Positions 23,949-25,832 of a DNA stretch of 25,832 nucleotides are shown piece after piece. Every line of letters starts with the position of its first letter. Position 1 is the first letter of the stretch. The DNA lies in contig CAZGUL010000002.1 in the NCBI GenBank assembly GCA_964529055.1, positions 282-26,113 of the forward strand. Reading direction: 5' to 3'. Source of the stretch: an uncultured Spirochaetaceae bacterium (lineage in GTDB: Bacteria; Spirochaetota; Spirochaetia; DTKZ01). The notes beneath the pieces were generated by a model that was not told the origin of the DNA, did not search any database, and saw only the letters and a program-made list of their open reading frames with translations. Made by a program: the position numbers and the translations under genes.

Positions 23949-24899
23949 TTACCGGCGATGCTCCCGGATATAAGACTGGACGATTTTCCTTTCCGCTTCG
24001 GTATCCAGGGACGCGGGAACGAATTTTTCGCCCGTCACCGCCTCGAAGGCCTCGATGTAGCGCCGGGAAACTTCGGTGCGGACCGAATCCGGGATTTCCG
24101 GGGCCTCTCCGTCGCCCCTGAAGCCCCTCTCGAGGAGCCAGCTCCGGAAGAACTCCTTGTCCAGCTGGCGCTGTTCGCCGCCGGAGCGGAAGATATCTTC
24201 GTAGGTTTCCGCGTACCAGTACCGGGAGGAGTCGGGGGTGTGGATTTCGTCCACCAGTATGAGCTCTCCGCCGGGCAGGACTCCGAATTCGTATTTTGTG
24301 TCCACCAGCAGAAGACCCCTGGCCCGGGCCATGTCGGTGCCCCGCCGGAAGAGGGCCAGCGCCGCGGAGCGGATTTTTTCCCACAGCTCCGCCGGAACGA
24401 TTCCGCGCCGGACGATTTCCGCTTCGGAAATGGGTTCGTCGTGCCTGCCCGCGTCCTCCTTCGTGGAGGGGGTCAGGAGCGGAGTGGCGAAGACCTGGTT
24501 CTTCCGCATTCCCGGAGGCAGCGCGATCCCGGAAACCGGACGGCCCGCCTCGTAGTCCCGCCACGCCGAGCCGGTCAGGTAGCCGCGGACCACGACCTCA
24601 ACCGGAACGACCCCGGCCTTGCGAACCGCGGTTGTCCGGGCCGTGAGGGTTTCCAGGACATGGTTGGGTATGACGTCCGCCGTAGCTTCGAACCAGCCCG
24701 CGCTGACCCGGGAGAGGACCTCGCCTTTAAAGGGTATGGTCGAAAGCACCCGGTCGAAGGCGCTGATCCGGTCGGAAACGGTGATGAGGAGCCGGTCGCC
24801 CAGGTCCATGACGTCCCGCACCTTGCCGGTGTAGAGGGGCACTCCCGCGGGGAGATCGGCGGCGGTGAAGCCGGAAAAGCATTTTTCGTTCATGGTCAT
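23949..24899 (-). CDS. purC: Phosphoribosylaminoimidazole-succinocarboxamide synthase
   Basis: GKVRDV, SDRISAFD, PVEVVVRGYLTGS, LVDTKYEFG, DEIHTPDSSRYW and DKEFFR. Confidence 0.96.
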   Translation of the reverse strand: MTMNEKCFSGFTAADLPAGVPLYTGKVRDVMDLGDRLLITVSDRISAFDRVLSTIPFKGEVLSRVSAGWFEATADVIPNHVLETLTARTTAVRKAGVVPVEVVVRGYLTGSAWRDYEAGRPVSGIALPPGMRKNQVFATPLLTPSTKEDAGRHDEPISEAEIVRRGIVPAELWEKIRSAALALFRRGTDMARARGLLLVDTKYEFGVLPGGELILVDEIHTPDSSRYWYAETYEDIFRSGGEQRQLDKEFFRSWLLERGFRGDGEAPEIPDSVRTEVSRRYIEAFEAVTGEKFVPASLDTEAERKIVQSYIREHRR

Positions 24900-25501
24900 A
24901 CGGGGAGCTCCGCCCGGCCGGTGACGATCCGCGACACGAGGCCGTACTTGACGGCCTCCTCGGCGTTCATCCAGAAATCCCGGTCCGTGTCCTTCTCCAC
25001 CTGGGACAGGGACACCCCCGTCTCGTCGGCTATGAATCTGTTGATCTTCGCCCGCACCTTTTCGAGCTCCCGGGAATGGATCTCGATGTCCGTCGCGACG
25101 CCCCGCATCCCGCTCAGGGGCTGGTGGATGAGGTAGTGGGAATTCGGAAGACCGAAACGCCTCTCCTTCGGGGAGCCCAGGAGAATCAGGGCGCCGGCGG
25201 ATGCCACCAGGCCCATGCCGATGGTGTAGACGTCGGGCTTCACGAAGCGCATCATGTCGATGATCGCGTATCCCGCGTCCACGTCCCCTCCGGGGGAGTC
25301 GATGAAAATCTTGACGGGTCCGTCACCGTCGGCCTCCAGCAGCAGAAGACCCCGTATGGTTTTTTCCGCCAGGGTTTTGTCGATCTCGCCGGAAAGGAGC
25401 AGGGTGCGGGTCTTCAGGAGTTTCTGAAATACCATGTCCGACTCAGGCGGGCGGTTTTCCTTCCCGGTATTTTCATCGTCGTCGTTATCGTAACGGAACA
25501 T
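24896..25501 (-). CDS. clpP: ATP-dependent Clp protease proteolytic subunit
   Basis: IDSPGG, GLVASAG (Ser), LIHQP (His), DRDFWM.AEEA..YGLV (Asp); AAGGAG RBS. Confidence 0.96.
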   Translation of the reverse strand: MFRYDNDDDENTGKENRPPESDMVFQKLLKTRTLLLSGEIDKTLAEKTIRGLLLLEADGDGPVKIFIDSPGGDVDAGYAIIDMMRFVKPDVYTIGMGLVASAGALILLGSPKERRFGLPNSHYLIHQPLSGMRGVATDIEIHSRELEKVRAKINRFIADETGVSLSQVEKDTDRDFWMNAEEAVKYGLVSRIVTGRAELPV

Positions 25502-25547
25502 CGGATTCTCCTTGTCGTGGCTATTTTCATGGGACGAATACCCCTGT

Positions 25548-25576
25548 AATATACCAAGAGAAGAAGCGAGGGTAAA
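25548..25576 (-). promoter_or_regulatory. Candidate sigma70 promoter for clpP-purC, overlapping a possible divergent era promoter
   Basis: Minus strand: TTTACC (25576-25571) - 17 nt - TATATT (25553-25548) with TG extension. Plus strand: TTTTCA (25524-25529) - 17 nt - TAATAT (25547-25552). Confidence 0.5.
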
Positions 25577-25578
25577 GA

Positions 25579-25832
25579 ATGAAAAGCGCCACCGCCGCGA
25601 TCGTCGGCCGCCCCAGCGCGGGCAAGTCGACCCTGATCAACCTGATCGCGGGAAACAAGGTCTCCATTACCGCCTCCGTGCCGCAGACGACCCGGAACAG
25701 GATCCGCGGCATCCTCACCGAGGAGAGGGGGCAGATCGTCTTCATCGACACGCCGGGGTATCATCTGTCGGACCGGAAATTCAACCTGCGCCTCCGGGAC
25801 GTCGCGGCGGGGGCCCTGGACGAGGTGGACAT
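25579..25832 (+). CDS. era: GTPase Era, 3'-truncated by the window edge (absent from the ORF track)
   Basis: [21 protein letters not shown]...[19 protein letters not shown]....[11 protein letters not shown]: G1, G2 and G3 motifs of Era. Confidence 0.95.
   Translation, partial: MKSATAAIVGRPSAGKSTLINLIAGNKVSITASVPQTTRNRIRGILTEERGQIVFIDTPGYHLSDRKFNLRLRDVAAGALDEVD

Noticed and set aside
1-25832. CRISPR arrays, IS elements, prophage or defence genes
   Set aside because: No regularly spaced repeats, terminal inverted repeats, transposase, integrase or phage motifs were seen by eye.

Overview
GC-rich bacterial chromosomal window, probably from a flagellated spirochaete. That assignment is inferred from the protein styles of FlgM, the HATPase-HDOD fusion, the lspA-linked membrane protein and ClpP, and was not checked against a database. 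It holds about 27 protein genes and one tRNA-Ala(GGC): rsmI (partial), a sigma28-driven flgM, a degenerate Fe-ADH-fold protein, a TrmH methyltransferase, a glutaredoxin-osmC pair, a GHKL-HDOD protein, a LonC-type protease, nif3-lspA, an Omp85-like barrel, an MFS transporter, sodA interrupted by an in-frame TAA, a GcvR-like protein, a kdpD-kdpE-ktrB-ktrA cassette, a ZIP transporter carrying an inserted cyclic-nucleotide-binding domain, a DUF482 GNAT protein, an EEP nuclease lipoprotein, purC, clpP and era (partial). No CRISPR array, integrase or transposase was seen. The most notable items are: (1) the cNMP-domain/ZIP fusion, directly upstream of a truncated KdpD-KdpE pair that is linked to Ktr rather than KdpFABC; (2) a tight cluster of apparent G>T changes breaking sodA; (3) repeated '-10 box + 6 nt + ATG' architecture pointing to leaderless mRNAs; (4) an Fe-ADH homologue that has lost its His metal ligands. 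All calls come from reading motifs by eye; no searches were run.
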